DNA of 64,000 bases from a virus (lineage: Duplodnaviria > Caudoviricetes), in the IMG/VR virus record IMGVR_UViG_3300043473_000169, positions 624-64,623 of that record. One strand, 5' to 3'. Shown here piece after piece: positions 44,317 to 52,701 of this stretch. How positions within the stretch are numbered: position 1 is the stretch's first letter; each line of letters begins with the position of its first letter. Below the pieces are notes generated by a model that was not told where the DNA came from, did not search any database, and saw only the letters and a program-made list of their open reading frames with translations. Both the position numbers and the translations under genes were made by a program.

Positions 44317-47300
44317 TCATCATATAAGTCATCGTCCGAGTGACCGGGAGAATCATAACGCTTCGCAGCCTCCTCGGCTTTCTTCTTGTCGCTGGTAATG
44401 GTCCAGCGGAATCGACGATCGCCGGGGAGTCTGTATTCCTTATGGGTCGGGCTGCTGGTCAGGACCTTGTCGGCCCGATCGGCAGGCCGGAAATCGCGGC
44501 TGTTCTTCAACAACTGTTTCTCGATTTCGTTCTTGGCGGCTGTCGGAGTGGCGGCTTTCAGTTTGGTGGTCACCACCTCGGGAGAAGCACTTGAAACGTG
44601 ATACCACGTCTTGGGCTTGCCAGCGGCTGTCAACAGCACCCTTCCGGCTTTAGCATAGCCCGGGACGGAGCCGCCCTTGGCTTTCGGAACCTTCTTCCCT
44701 ACCTTGGCCACCCGGTCCATTGCCCCGTGCAGGGTTTTGAGTTCCCCACGGGCCGCTTCCCAGTTGTCGACGGAGCCTTCCGCACCTTCGTACATGTCAT
44801 CGAGTAAATCCCCCGCGATCTGGTGGTGGCGCTCAATACGTCTCGCCGCTCCGCTTTCAGGTTTACGGCTGCGCAGGGCCTTGAGCAAGCGATTCACGTC
44901 TGTGTCGCTGTAGTCGGTTACGTTCCGGGTGACTCCCTTCTTCAAAGCCATCCGCGCAATGTTGGCGATCTGGTTAACCTTACCGCCCTTAGCCAGTTTC
45001 ACTGGGTCGATCCTCTCGGCCTTATCCATTGCTTTCGATTTGGCGCTATTGAACCAAGGATCGACACCAAGAACCTTGTGGTCAGAATTCTGTGCCTCCA
45101 GCCTTACTCTCGCGTCCTTGGGAGATATTGCCCGGACTATGCGGGCCCCTCCGCCCCCCGGTTGAGACTTCAAGGAGTAACTTACCATGTAGGTTTTTAG
45201 GGCCGAAAGCTTCCCACCTTTGGCGAACTTTTGCATGTTGCCGAGAGCCGCTTGGATCCCCGGGTCTTGCATCGCCTGTGGCGAACGCTGCAGCGCTTGG
45301 AGGGCAGCGCTTGAATCGCCCTGATCGAGGTGGGCCAAGGCGTCGGTGATCGCCTGCACCGGATCGCCGCCTTTCGTCTGGCCACCCGCCGCGTATTTAC
45401 GCTTCATGGAGCTTATGGTAGCCATGCCACCCTCACAATGATCTTTCACAGAACCTCCTTCCTGCATGTTGGTACGACGCGGCGGCCTCCGCCGTTTAGA
45501 AATCAAAACTTCCGCAGCTTTGGCGGGCACGTCCGGGTTGCCCCAGTTGAAACCGAAAAATCTGTCTCCAATCAGTTTGTCCCAAGGGTCGGACGTTCGG
45601 GTCATTTTGTGGCCCGGGGGGTAGATAACCTCATTTGCGATGCCCGGGACATTGGGAAAAATATTGACCCCCGGTTCCGGCTTAATCTTTAAGATGTTGG
45701 GGTGCCCCGTTACGACGATATCTGCGTATTCCGTGGGGGACATGTGCCGGGCCGCGGGATGTAACGCGTAACCGTGGGTACCTTCCTCGGTCAAATCGGT
45801 GTAGGCCGGGTGCTCACCAGTGGTGGTCTTGAGGTAATCGTCAATCGTCGCGTTTTTCGGTAAACGCACCCCACGCCACGTGGTAATATCACCAGCAACG
45901 CTGTCCGGGACCGGGACTGCGTACCTATGAAGAATGTCTAACCACTCGTCATATTCCGACTGTGATAGGTGGGGGCTGCCAACGTCCGCCTGATACTCCA
46001 ACAGGTTGTATTCCGAGGGCCTCATGCGGGGGTTGAAGCCCACTTTCTGAGCGAGACGATACTTACCTGCGTCCCCTATGGTCAGGTTCGAACTGGCCCA
46101 GTCCGACAGCAATTTGCCGACTTTACCAGCCTTGGCGAAGTGCTGAACCGGGCCGCCATCGGCTAGCTGGTCATAGTCGATATCGACGTCCCAAAGATCG
46201 TGGGATGTATTAGTAGGTTTTTTTACACCCTTCACCACCGTCGAATCTGGCCGAGTCAGCACCCACTCGTCCTGCCCACTCTGCATCAGGGGAAACCCCC
46301 GTATGGGCTTTTTGCGGTTGAGTTTTAAGACAGCGTTGGTCGGATGATCCCCCAGCATTGAGGCAAAATCTGTCGCCATACCCAAATTGTTGGTGACGGG
46401 CAGTACGGGCAACGTTGACGTATTGACCGACTTGTTCATCAGGCCTTTCCAGTCAATTTCGAAATTCCTTTGAGGATCTGCCCAATCCGCTATCATATTG
46501 GCCCCAAGGCCGGACACTCCCCGATACAGCGGCAGGTCGGGTGGTAGCGGCACAGCGTGTTCATTCACGATCTGTTTCAAGGCGTGCTGCTCACTCGGAC
46601 TCCAGCCCCATGGAGCCTCAGCGTAGTCTTCAAGCATATGCAAATGTTCAGGTTCCTGCGGCACCGACTTGAGGTGCTTGCGGACGTATTCTAGATATTT
46701 CTTATTATTGCCGATGTATACGCCATCGCCATGCTGCTTCATATAGGAGTCAAGCAAGTTTTGAATTTTGCCGCCCTTGGCGAAGTGCTGAACCGGGCCG
46801 CCATCTTCATACACGGCAAGGGGGTTTTGATCCCTCCCCTCGTCTATGGCGGACTTAATCCGGTCCTTAGCAAATTTGGCTGCTTTCTTTGACCCAACCG
46901 CATCATCAGTGTACCCCCATTTCTGACTTAGACGGTCTGCTCTTAACATATCTGCTTTAATTCTATTTTGACCGGGGCCAACAACAAGAGGTTTCAAAGA
47001 TTCGTCATACAACGCTCCGGGATAGGCTTCACTCGGTTTCCTGAGCACCTGCTTCTTAGCCGGTCGAAACTTTTTCACCCCCTCCCCGAAAAGGAATACT
47101 TTGCCGCCCTTAGCGTGGTTCTGGGCTACCTGAGGTTCCTCCTCGTCTTCCGGATCCTGAGTAACGTAATCGGGCCTTGAATCGTCGTAGATGAAGTCGG
47201 GGCCGGGTCGCTCGACGTAGCCATCCTCAGGCTTCAAAACTCCCCAGCCCTCGGGGGTATTTTCCAAATCCCACTGTTCCTGAGCCTTCCTTTCCTCCTC

Positions 47301-48041
47301 TTCCTGTGCGGGGGTTAGGACGTAGTCTTCATAGGCCCCGAGACCCCCGACCAAAGCAGAATTTGCTAGTACCCCCTTGAGGGAGGGTTCGATAACCGGG
47401 GTGAGCAAATCCAAGGCCCCCGCCCCCGCCTTAGTCAGGTATTTCCCCGCCTTTGCCCAACCTCCCGGCACCATGAATTGGGATAAGGCGTCCCCGGCCC
47501 CCGCCTCCATGTTGGGAAAAAAGCCCATAGGCTCGGGGATGTTCATGTCCTCGCGCACGGCGTTATTGATAAGTGCTGGCTTCGCAGAAGCTTCCGTAGC
47601 CCACTCGGGAGGGGTGAATACCTCGTCAGCTGCTTTCCGGTATCCGGGTTCATCAACTATGTCTTCATCGCCCGTAAAGGCTTTAGCCATCGTGTTGGAC
47701 ATGAACCGGCCAGCCAAAGCTGGAAGCTCCCCGAGGAAGCCTTTGGTACCTAGCACAAACCCGGGGGTTTCGTCGCCAAAAGTGGGATTACCCTTGTCAT
47801 CAATTCCATACCAGTTACGGACGATCCCATACACCACGTTGGACAGGTGGTGCCCCGGTATCATTTCTGTCAGCTGGCCTAAAGCACCCAAGTTTGACCT
47901 GCTCGGATCCCGGTCCGCTGGAATACCTTTGTAGTAGGTGGTGCCGCCGTTCTGGGTCTTTTCAACCGTGCCCCCCGGCCCTGCATTGGCTAACGCAGCG
48001 GCGTACCGCTGTTCGGGGGTTTGTCCGGGTACGCCAGCCAT
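44313..48041 (-). CDS. Large modular internal-virion/ejection polyprotein with two ADP-ribosyltransferase-like domains
   Basis: 1242 aa with at least 10 AxGG/AxAG linkers. Module 1 'PLYRG...QDEWVL'; module 2 'TWRG...LKI...NEVIYPPG'. Last gene of the ejection cluster. Confidence 0.75.
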   Translation of the reverse strand: MAGVPGQTPEQRYAAALANAGPGGTVEKTQNGGTTYYKGIPADRDPSRSNLGALGQLTEMIPGHHLSNVVYGIVRNWYGIDDKGNPTFGDETPGFVLGTKGFLGELPALAGRFMSNTMAKAFTGDEDIVDEPGYRKAADEVFTPPEWATEASAKPALINNAVREDMNIPEPMGFFPNMEAGAGDALSQFMVPGGWAKAGKYLTKAGAGALDLLTPVIEPSLKGVLANSALVGGLGAYEDYVLTPAQEEEERKAQEQWDLENTPEGWGVLKPEDGYVERPGPDFIYDDSRPDYVTQDPEDEEEPQVAQNHAKGGKVFLFGEGVKKFRPAKKQVLRKPSEAYPGALYDESLKPLVVGPGQNRIKADMLRADRLSQKWGYTDDAVGSKKAAKFAKDRIKSAIDEGRDQNPLAVYEDGGPVQHFAKGGKIQNLLDSYMKQHGDGVYIGNNKKYLEYVRKHLKSVPQEPEHLHMLEDYAEAPWGWSPSEQHALKQIVNEHAVPLPPDLPLYRGVSGLGANMIADWADPQRNFEIDWKGLMNKSVNTSTLPVLPVTNNLGMATDFASMLGDHPTNAVLKLNRKKPIRGFPLMQSGQDEWVLTRPDSTVVKGVKKPTNTSHDLWDVDIDYDQLADGGPVQHFAKAGKVGKLLSDWASSNLTIGDAGKYRLAQKVGFNPRMRPSEYNLLEYQADVGSPHLSQSEYDEWLDILHRYAVPVPDSVAGDITTWRGVRLPKNATIDDYLKTTTGEHPAYTDLTEEGTHGYALHPAARHMSPTEYADIVVTGHPNILKIKPEPGVNIFPNVPGIANEVIYPPGHKMTRTSDPWDKLIGDRFFGFNWGNPDVPAKAAEVLISKRRRPPRRTNMQEGGSVKDHCEGGMATISSMKRKYAAGGQTKGGDPVQAITDALAHLDQGDSSAALQALQRSPQAMQDPGIQAALGNMQKFAKGGKLSALKTYMVSYSLKSQPGGGGARIVRAISPKDARVRLEAQNSDHKVLGVDPWFNSAKSKAMDKAERIDPVKLAKGGKVNQIANIARMALKKGVTRNVTDYSDTDVNRLLKALRSRKPESGAARRIERHHQIAGDLLDDMYEGAEGSVDNWEAARGELKTLHGAMDRVAKVGKKVPKAKGGSVPGYAKAGRVLLTAAGKPKTWYHVSSASPEVVTTKLKAATPTAAKNEIEKQLLKNSRDFRPADRADKVLTSSPTHKEYRLPGDRRFRWTITSDKKKAEEAAKRYDSPGHSDDDLYDD
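46131..46805. repeat. Exact 30-bp direct repeat bracketing ART module 1
   Basis: CTTGGCGAAGTGCTGAACCGGGCCGCCATC at 46131-46160 and 46776-46805, encoding DGGPVQHFAK. Confidence 0.9.
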
Positions 48042-51000
48042 TTATTGACCCTCCACTACAGGACCCGCCTTCGGCGGGGGTTCACCCCGGGGCGTGGGTT
48101 GACTCATGGCCGCCCCCAATACCGCTGCAATGGCCCCGAGCTTTCCAGCCCGCTTACCACGAATCTTGAGTCGTGACTGACCCTGCGCCAACCGCTTCAT
48201 GGTTTCGTCAAACACCCGCACGTCGCCCCGGTTAATGGCTTTCAGAATGCCGTCCGCGGTTGCCTCGCTCATCGGCATCGGGAACCTCAGCCAGTTATAG
48301 ACTCGGTTGGTCCACGAGATACCTCCCATGCCGGGAACATTCGACATGCCCTGATCGAGCGCCCCGGACAGGATCGACTCTTCCTTGCCAAGGGCCTGTG
48401 CTTTTTTACCCTCGACCCGGCTTGTCATCTTCCGGGTGCGGTCGTACATCGCGGCTTCCTTATCCATAGCCGCCTCGAAGATCTTCCACTTCTTGGGATC
48501 GTCGAACGTTGCCTCAAGCTTGGCGCGCATCGATTCGGACCCCAAGATGCGCTGCGCGGCGTTGAAGTCGGTTGTCGGCTTGCCGAGAATCTCGAACAAA
48601 TGCTGCGACACACCGGACTTGAACACGTCCTTTTCAGCCCACGTCATCCCTGCTACCTTCTTGCGGATTTCCTCGGGCTGCATGGAGGCGAAGTCTTCGC
48701 GGCCCATCTTCAAAGCGTCACGCATTTCAAGATCGCCGGCATACTGCTCGCGGGCTTTCTTGTAGTCGGGGACGGCATTATCCAGTTCATCACGTAATCG
48801 GTTCCTCGCCTGTCGCAGCGAGTGTCCGAGCGTGGTAGGACCGGCAGCCTCCTCAGTCTTGATCAGCTGGTCGAGACCGCGCTTGTAGTAGTCCAAGAAT
48901 TCCAATGACGGCTTCTGCACGATGCCCGCGATGTTAGCCTTCCCGATCGGCTTGCCATCGAGATCCATCAGGCGCTTGGCCATGTCGAAGGCCCGCTTGC
49001 CATCCTTGGTATCCATCAGCTTCATGAACTCATTTGACTTGACGCCGGGATTCTTCTTGTAGGCCGCGTTATACAGCGGCTTGGATGCCGTATAAAGCTC
49101 CTTGTTGAGCTTCTCGAACTCCCCGAAGTATTCCGACGGAGCCATGCCTTTATGGATCTGGTCCTCGACCCGCGAGTAGGACTTGCCCTGCTTCGCCGCC
49201 TCCTCTTCCAAGAACCGCTCCGATTCGGGGCCGCCCCGGGTGGCCGCCCTCTCAATGAGCGCCCGAGTCCGTCGGCCCCCCGCGTCCGCGACCCCCTCCG
49301 GGACCCCCATTCGGTCGGACGCCCGAAGGTCCGAAGCCACCTGTGACAGGTCGATGTTATCCTTGTTGGCCGCCAGAACCAGCTTTTCTTCTGCCGACGA
49401 CAGCGCCTTCCCGGTCACCTTATCATATAGCCGACCGGCCTGATTGTAGACGTAGCGGGTGCCGAGCATGGCGGCAGGGGCAACAACCGCGCCTTCGAGG
49501 CCGCCCACCAGTGCTTCCTTACCACGTTCGCCTTCACCCGCGCCAGCCGCCCCGGTTTCCGCCCCGGACAGAACCCCGAGCAGCGCCGCGTTCGCCAAGC
49601 CCCCGGCAGGAGCGAGGGCCGCAATAGGAGCCATACCCGCCGCAAACGCCGCAGCTTTCTCGTACGGGTGCTGTTCATAGTATTTCGAATACCCCGCCCT
49701 ATCCTCGGCGGCCCCCTTAGGGTCCACGGTAGACCGGATTTCATCAGCGGTGCCGCCAGTGATGCCTTGAAGCGCAGCGTACAGGGCGTTGCGAAGTTCA
49801 TCGTCAGGGTGCACCTCGACGTCGGGGAGTTCCTCGGCGCCCTCTTGCCCCGCGACGATATCGGCCAACTCTTCCGGCACCTCGTCTTCCACCGGCCCTC
49901 CCTTGGCGTAAACACGACCACCACCCGCTTTGGCGGGGATATCCTCACCCGGGAAGTGCCCCGGCAGGTTGTCGTCGGCCGATAGAACACTGGGGTCGAC
50001 AGCGTTTTCATCCGCTGCAGCAGCTTCATCCCGACTGCTCTTGATCTTGCTGCGGAAGTAATCCTTGTAGGTCGGGCGCTTGGTATTGACCACGATCACG
50101 CCGGGTTTAGTCGGATGGGGGATGAAGATCGGATTGGACTCGATGTAATCGCGCCATTCGGCATCGGCTCCACGCAAATGGCCATTGACGGCGGCGAAAT
50201 CCTGCAGGAAGGAGATCCGGTCGATTTCGTTACGACGCATGATCTTGTAGGCTTCGGCGATGTTCTTGTTAGCCCCGTAGCCCTTGGTGCGGGCCACGGT
50301 CGCGTTGATAAACATCCGGGCATCGAAGTCGGACACCGAGCCTTCACCCGGCTGCTTCATCTTGCGCGATACCTCCGCCGTGATCGCATCCATTTCCTGC
50401 TCAGCTGCAGTAAGAGCGGGCAGTCGACCCTTGAAAGCTCCAGAATCAACCCGCTCATTCAGTTTCATAAACCGGTTCATCTTGGTAATGCCATCGCGAG
50501 CGTCCGATTGCGCCTTGGCCATGTCCCCGAGACGCTGCTCTATATTCCGTTGCTCGATGGGCATGGCCGCGTTTTTCTGTTTGGTGCTCATGCCTCGGTA
50601 GGGGTCGATGACTGCAATCGGCACACCCCGGTCCATGGCCACCGCTTGCAAGTTCTCGGCATCTTCCGCCGTCTCTCCCGGGGCGTCGGTGCCTGCGGTA
50701 GCTGACTTGTTGCGGGCGTCGGCCTTTTCCAGTTCGTCGACTTTCTTCGCGAATTCAACGGTCCCCGGCATGTAGCCCAAGTCCTTCGCAATCTTGCCAA
50801 AGGGCGACATAGAGTTACTACCGCCGCCGCCCCCGGGGCGTACTTCCTTGGCGAAGTTCTTCATTGTCTGCTCAAGGAGCCGTGCGTTGGATTCGCGCCG
50901 CACCTTGGCAATCAACCGGCGGCGCTCCTGTAGCCCCGCGTCGATCTTGGCGATATCCTGCCCGTAGCCCAGCGCCCCGGTCTCCTGATCGTCAAGGAAT

Positions 51001-51401
51001 TTCTGGCGATCGGCCCGGTATTCATCCTGCCCGTGGGCAACATTACCAACAACTTCACCGAAGGTCCCGGTCTTGGTGGGTTTGCCTAGGCCCTCCGCCA
51101 GCTTGAACCACTTCTCGGACTCGTCGGCTTTGCGGGCCAGCAGCCGGTCGCGGGCCTGCCGTAACTGTGCCTTGGCTTCCTCCGCCGTCCGTTTCATGTC
51201 CTCGGAGACTTCATCTTCTTCGAGCGTTATGTCAGTCCGCTCCTTCTGCAGCTGCTCATAAGCTGTCTTCGACAGATCGTGAGCCTCTTTCGAGGTGTAA
51301 TTACTGCCGAGAGTCGCAAGCACGGCCAGTGGACCTGCGCCCTCCTGCATGGGGTCTGCCGTCGCGTCCGGCTGGCCGTCGCCGTATTCTTCGTCTTCCA
51401 T
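48042..51401 (-). CDS. Large ejection / DNA-transfer protein
   Basis: Helical, Ala/Glu/Lys-rich; start MEDEEY at 51401; central KAGGGRVYAKGGPV; synteny. Confidence 0.7.
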   Translation of the reverse strand: MEDEEYGDGQPDATADPMQEGAGPLAVLATLGSNYTSKEAHDLSKTAYEQLQKERTDITLEEDEVSEDMKRTAEEAKAQLRQARDRLLARKADESEKWFKLAEGLGKPTKTGTFGEVVGNVAHGQDEYRADRQKFLDDQETGALGYGQDIAKIDAGLQERRRLIAKVRRESNARLLEQTMKNFAKEVRPGGGGGSNSMSPFGKIAKDLGYMPGTVEFAKKVDELEKADARNKSATAGTDAPGETAEDAENLQAVAMDRGVPIAVIDPYRGMSTKQKNAAMPIEQRNIEQRLGDMAKAQSDARDGITKMNRFMKLNERVDSGAFKGRLPALTAAEQEMDAITAEVSRKMKQPGEGSVSDFDARMFINATVARTKGYGANKNIAEAYKIMRRNEIDRISFLQDFAAVNGHLRGADAEWRDYIESNPIFIPHPTKPGVIVVNTKRPTYKDYFRSKIKSSRDEAAAADENAVDPSVLSADDNLPGHFPGEDIPAKAGGGRVYAKGGPVEDEVPEELADIVAGQEGAEELPDVEVHPDDELRNALYAALQGITGGTADEIRSTVDPKGAAEDRAGYSKYYEQHPYEKAAAFAAGMAPIAALAPAGGLANAALLGVLSGAETGAAGAGEGERGKEALVGGLEGAVVAPAAMLGTRYVYNQAGRLYDKVTGKALSSAEEKLVLAANKDNIDLSQVASDLRASDRMGVPEGVADAGGRRTRALIERAATRGGPESERFLEEEAAKQGKSYSRVEDQIHKGMAPSEYFGEFEKLNKELYTASKPLYNAAYKKNPGVKSNEFMKLMDTKDGKRAFDMAKRLMDLDGKPIGKANIAGIVQKPSLEFLDYYKRGLDQLIKTEEAAGPTTLGHSLRQARNRLRDELDNAVPDYKKAREQYAGDLEMRDALKMGREDFASMQPEEIRKKVAGMTWAEKDVFKSGVSQHLFEILGKPTTDFNAAQRILGSESMRAKLEATFDDPKKWKIFEAAMDKEAAMYDRTRKMTSRVEGKKAQALGKEESILSGALDQGMSNVPGMGGISWTNRVYNWLRFPMPMSEATADGILKAINRGDVRVFDETMKRLAQGQSRLKIRGKRAGKLGAIAAVLGAAMSQPTPRGEPPPKAGPVVEGQ

Positions 51402-51402
51402 T

Positions 51403-52701
51403 TTAGTAGCCCCCTGCGCGATATTGCGGACGCCGTGCCCTGCCGCCCCGGGCAAACTCGGCCAGTTCATTCAGACCTAGTGGACGCGGCGGCATGCTGC
51501 TGCGGGCGCGCAACTGTGCCAGCATCTCGTCAATCGCGCCAGTGTCCACCCGACCCCCATCAGCATAAACATAACCCCCGTGGGACATGGGAATATCTAT
51601 TGGAGGGGCTTGACCGGGAAGATCTGGAAAATTGTTTGGAATGCTTGAAGGATCCACATGAGTGCCGCCCCCACCCCCACCCAGAATATTGCCCCAAGCA
51701 AAATCACCGTTAGCACCAGTGCCCATGCCTTTAATAGTAGCCAATAGGCTTGCGATCGACTCGCCCCCGGACGGCCCGTAATCAAGGTTGGCCATGGGTC
51801 CAGTATTGGTGTGGGTCGTTGATTGATCATATGGCACGTTCTTGACTAGATTGCTCATCCAGTCAACCTGTTCACGTGGATAGTCACGCTGCTCTTCAAA
51901 ATCCTTATGAGCAAGATCAAGATTCGCCTGATCAAGGGCCCGTTCCTGCTGGCCCACAGCCCCTATAGCGGTCGCATCTGCGGCCCCCAATTCATGTTGC
52001 TGTTGAGCCAGCGCCGACAGATCCCGGCCAGCCTGACTCTTGATACCTGCATCAGCTATTGACAGCTGACCCGCCGTTTCGCCCAAGCCCGCCTGACGCG
52101 TGGCATCGGCCCCGAACAGCTTGCCCGCTTCATCGTAGGCCCCGGCCCGTGCCTGCTGCGACGACGTCTGCAAGCCTTCGGTCAGTTCTCGCGCAGCCCG
52201 TGCAGCCTCACGCATGTGTGCGGTCGAACCGTACTGGCCAGCAGCCGTGAACTGATTCTGAATCTTGGGGGCGAACACCTCATCGTAACTACGACGGGCA
52301 TCAAGCTCGGCCTTCTTGACCACGTCGTCAATGTAGGGGTTCATGTACTCGTCGCGGGCTTCGTTGAACGAACGCCCCGCGCGATCGAGATAGGGCTGAG
52401 CAGCGCCAAGCGTCGACGTATTGCCCGCCTGCTCTTCGAAGCTGCGCGCCATATCCATGCCGGGTTGATAGGACCCGACGTTCTGTCGCGTCAGATCGAA
52501 ACCCTGCTGCTGGGTGGGCGAAAAGTCGGCGATGCGCGGGCCGCCATAGGCCTGATAACCCTCACCGGCTACGGCATTGCCGCGAGCGATGACGCCCTGC
52601 GTGTAATCCGATAGCCATTTCGGGATCGACGTCGTGCTGCCACCGTAAGTGGTGACAGACGCAGGCGGCGTGCCCTCGAACAAAAAGTCTAGGACACCCA
52701 T
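51403..52701 (-). CDS. Ejection / pilot (DNA-transfer) protein
   Basis: Gln/Ala-rich, 'Y.GPRIADFSPTQQQGF'; C-terminal SHGG/YADGG/FARGG/RAGG motifs. Confidence 0.7.
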   Translation of the reverse strand: MGVLDFLFEGTPPASVTTYGGSTTSIPKWLSDYTQGVIARGNAVAGEGYQAYGGPRIADFSPTQQQGFDLTRQNVGSYQPGMDMARSFEEQAGNTSTLGAAQPYLDRAGRSFNEARDEYMNPYIDDVVKKAELDARRSYDEVFAPKIQNQFTAAGQYGSTAHMREAARAARELTEGLQTSSQQARAGAYDEAGKLFGADATRQAGLGETAGQLSIADAGIKSQAGRDLSALAQQQHELGAADATAIGAVGQQERALDQANLDLAHKDFEEQRDYPREQVDWMSNLVKNVPYDQSTTHTNTGPMANLDYGPSGGESIASLLATIKGMGTGANGDFAWGNILGGGGGGTHVDPSSIPNNFPDLPGQAPPIDIPMSHGGYVYADGGRVDTGAIDEMLAQLRARSSMPPRPLGLNELAEFARGGRARRPQYRAGGY

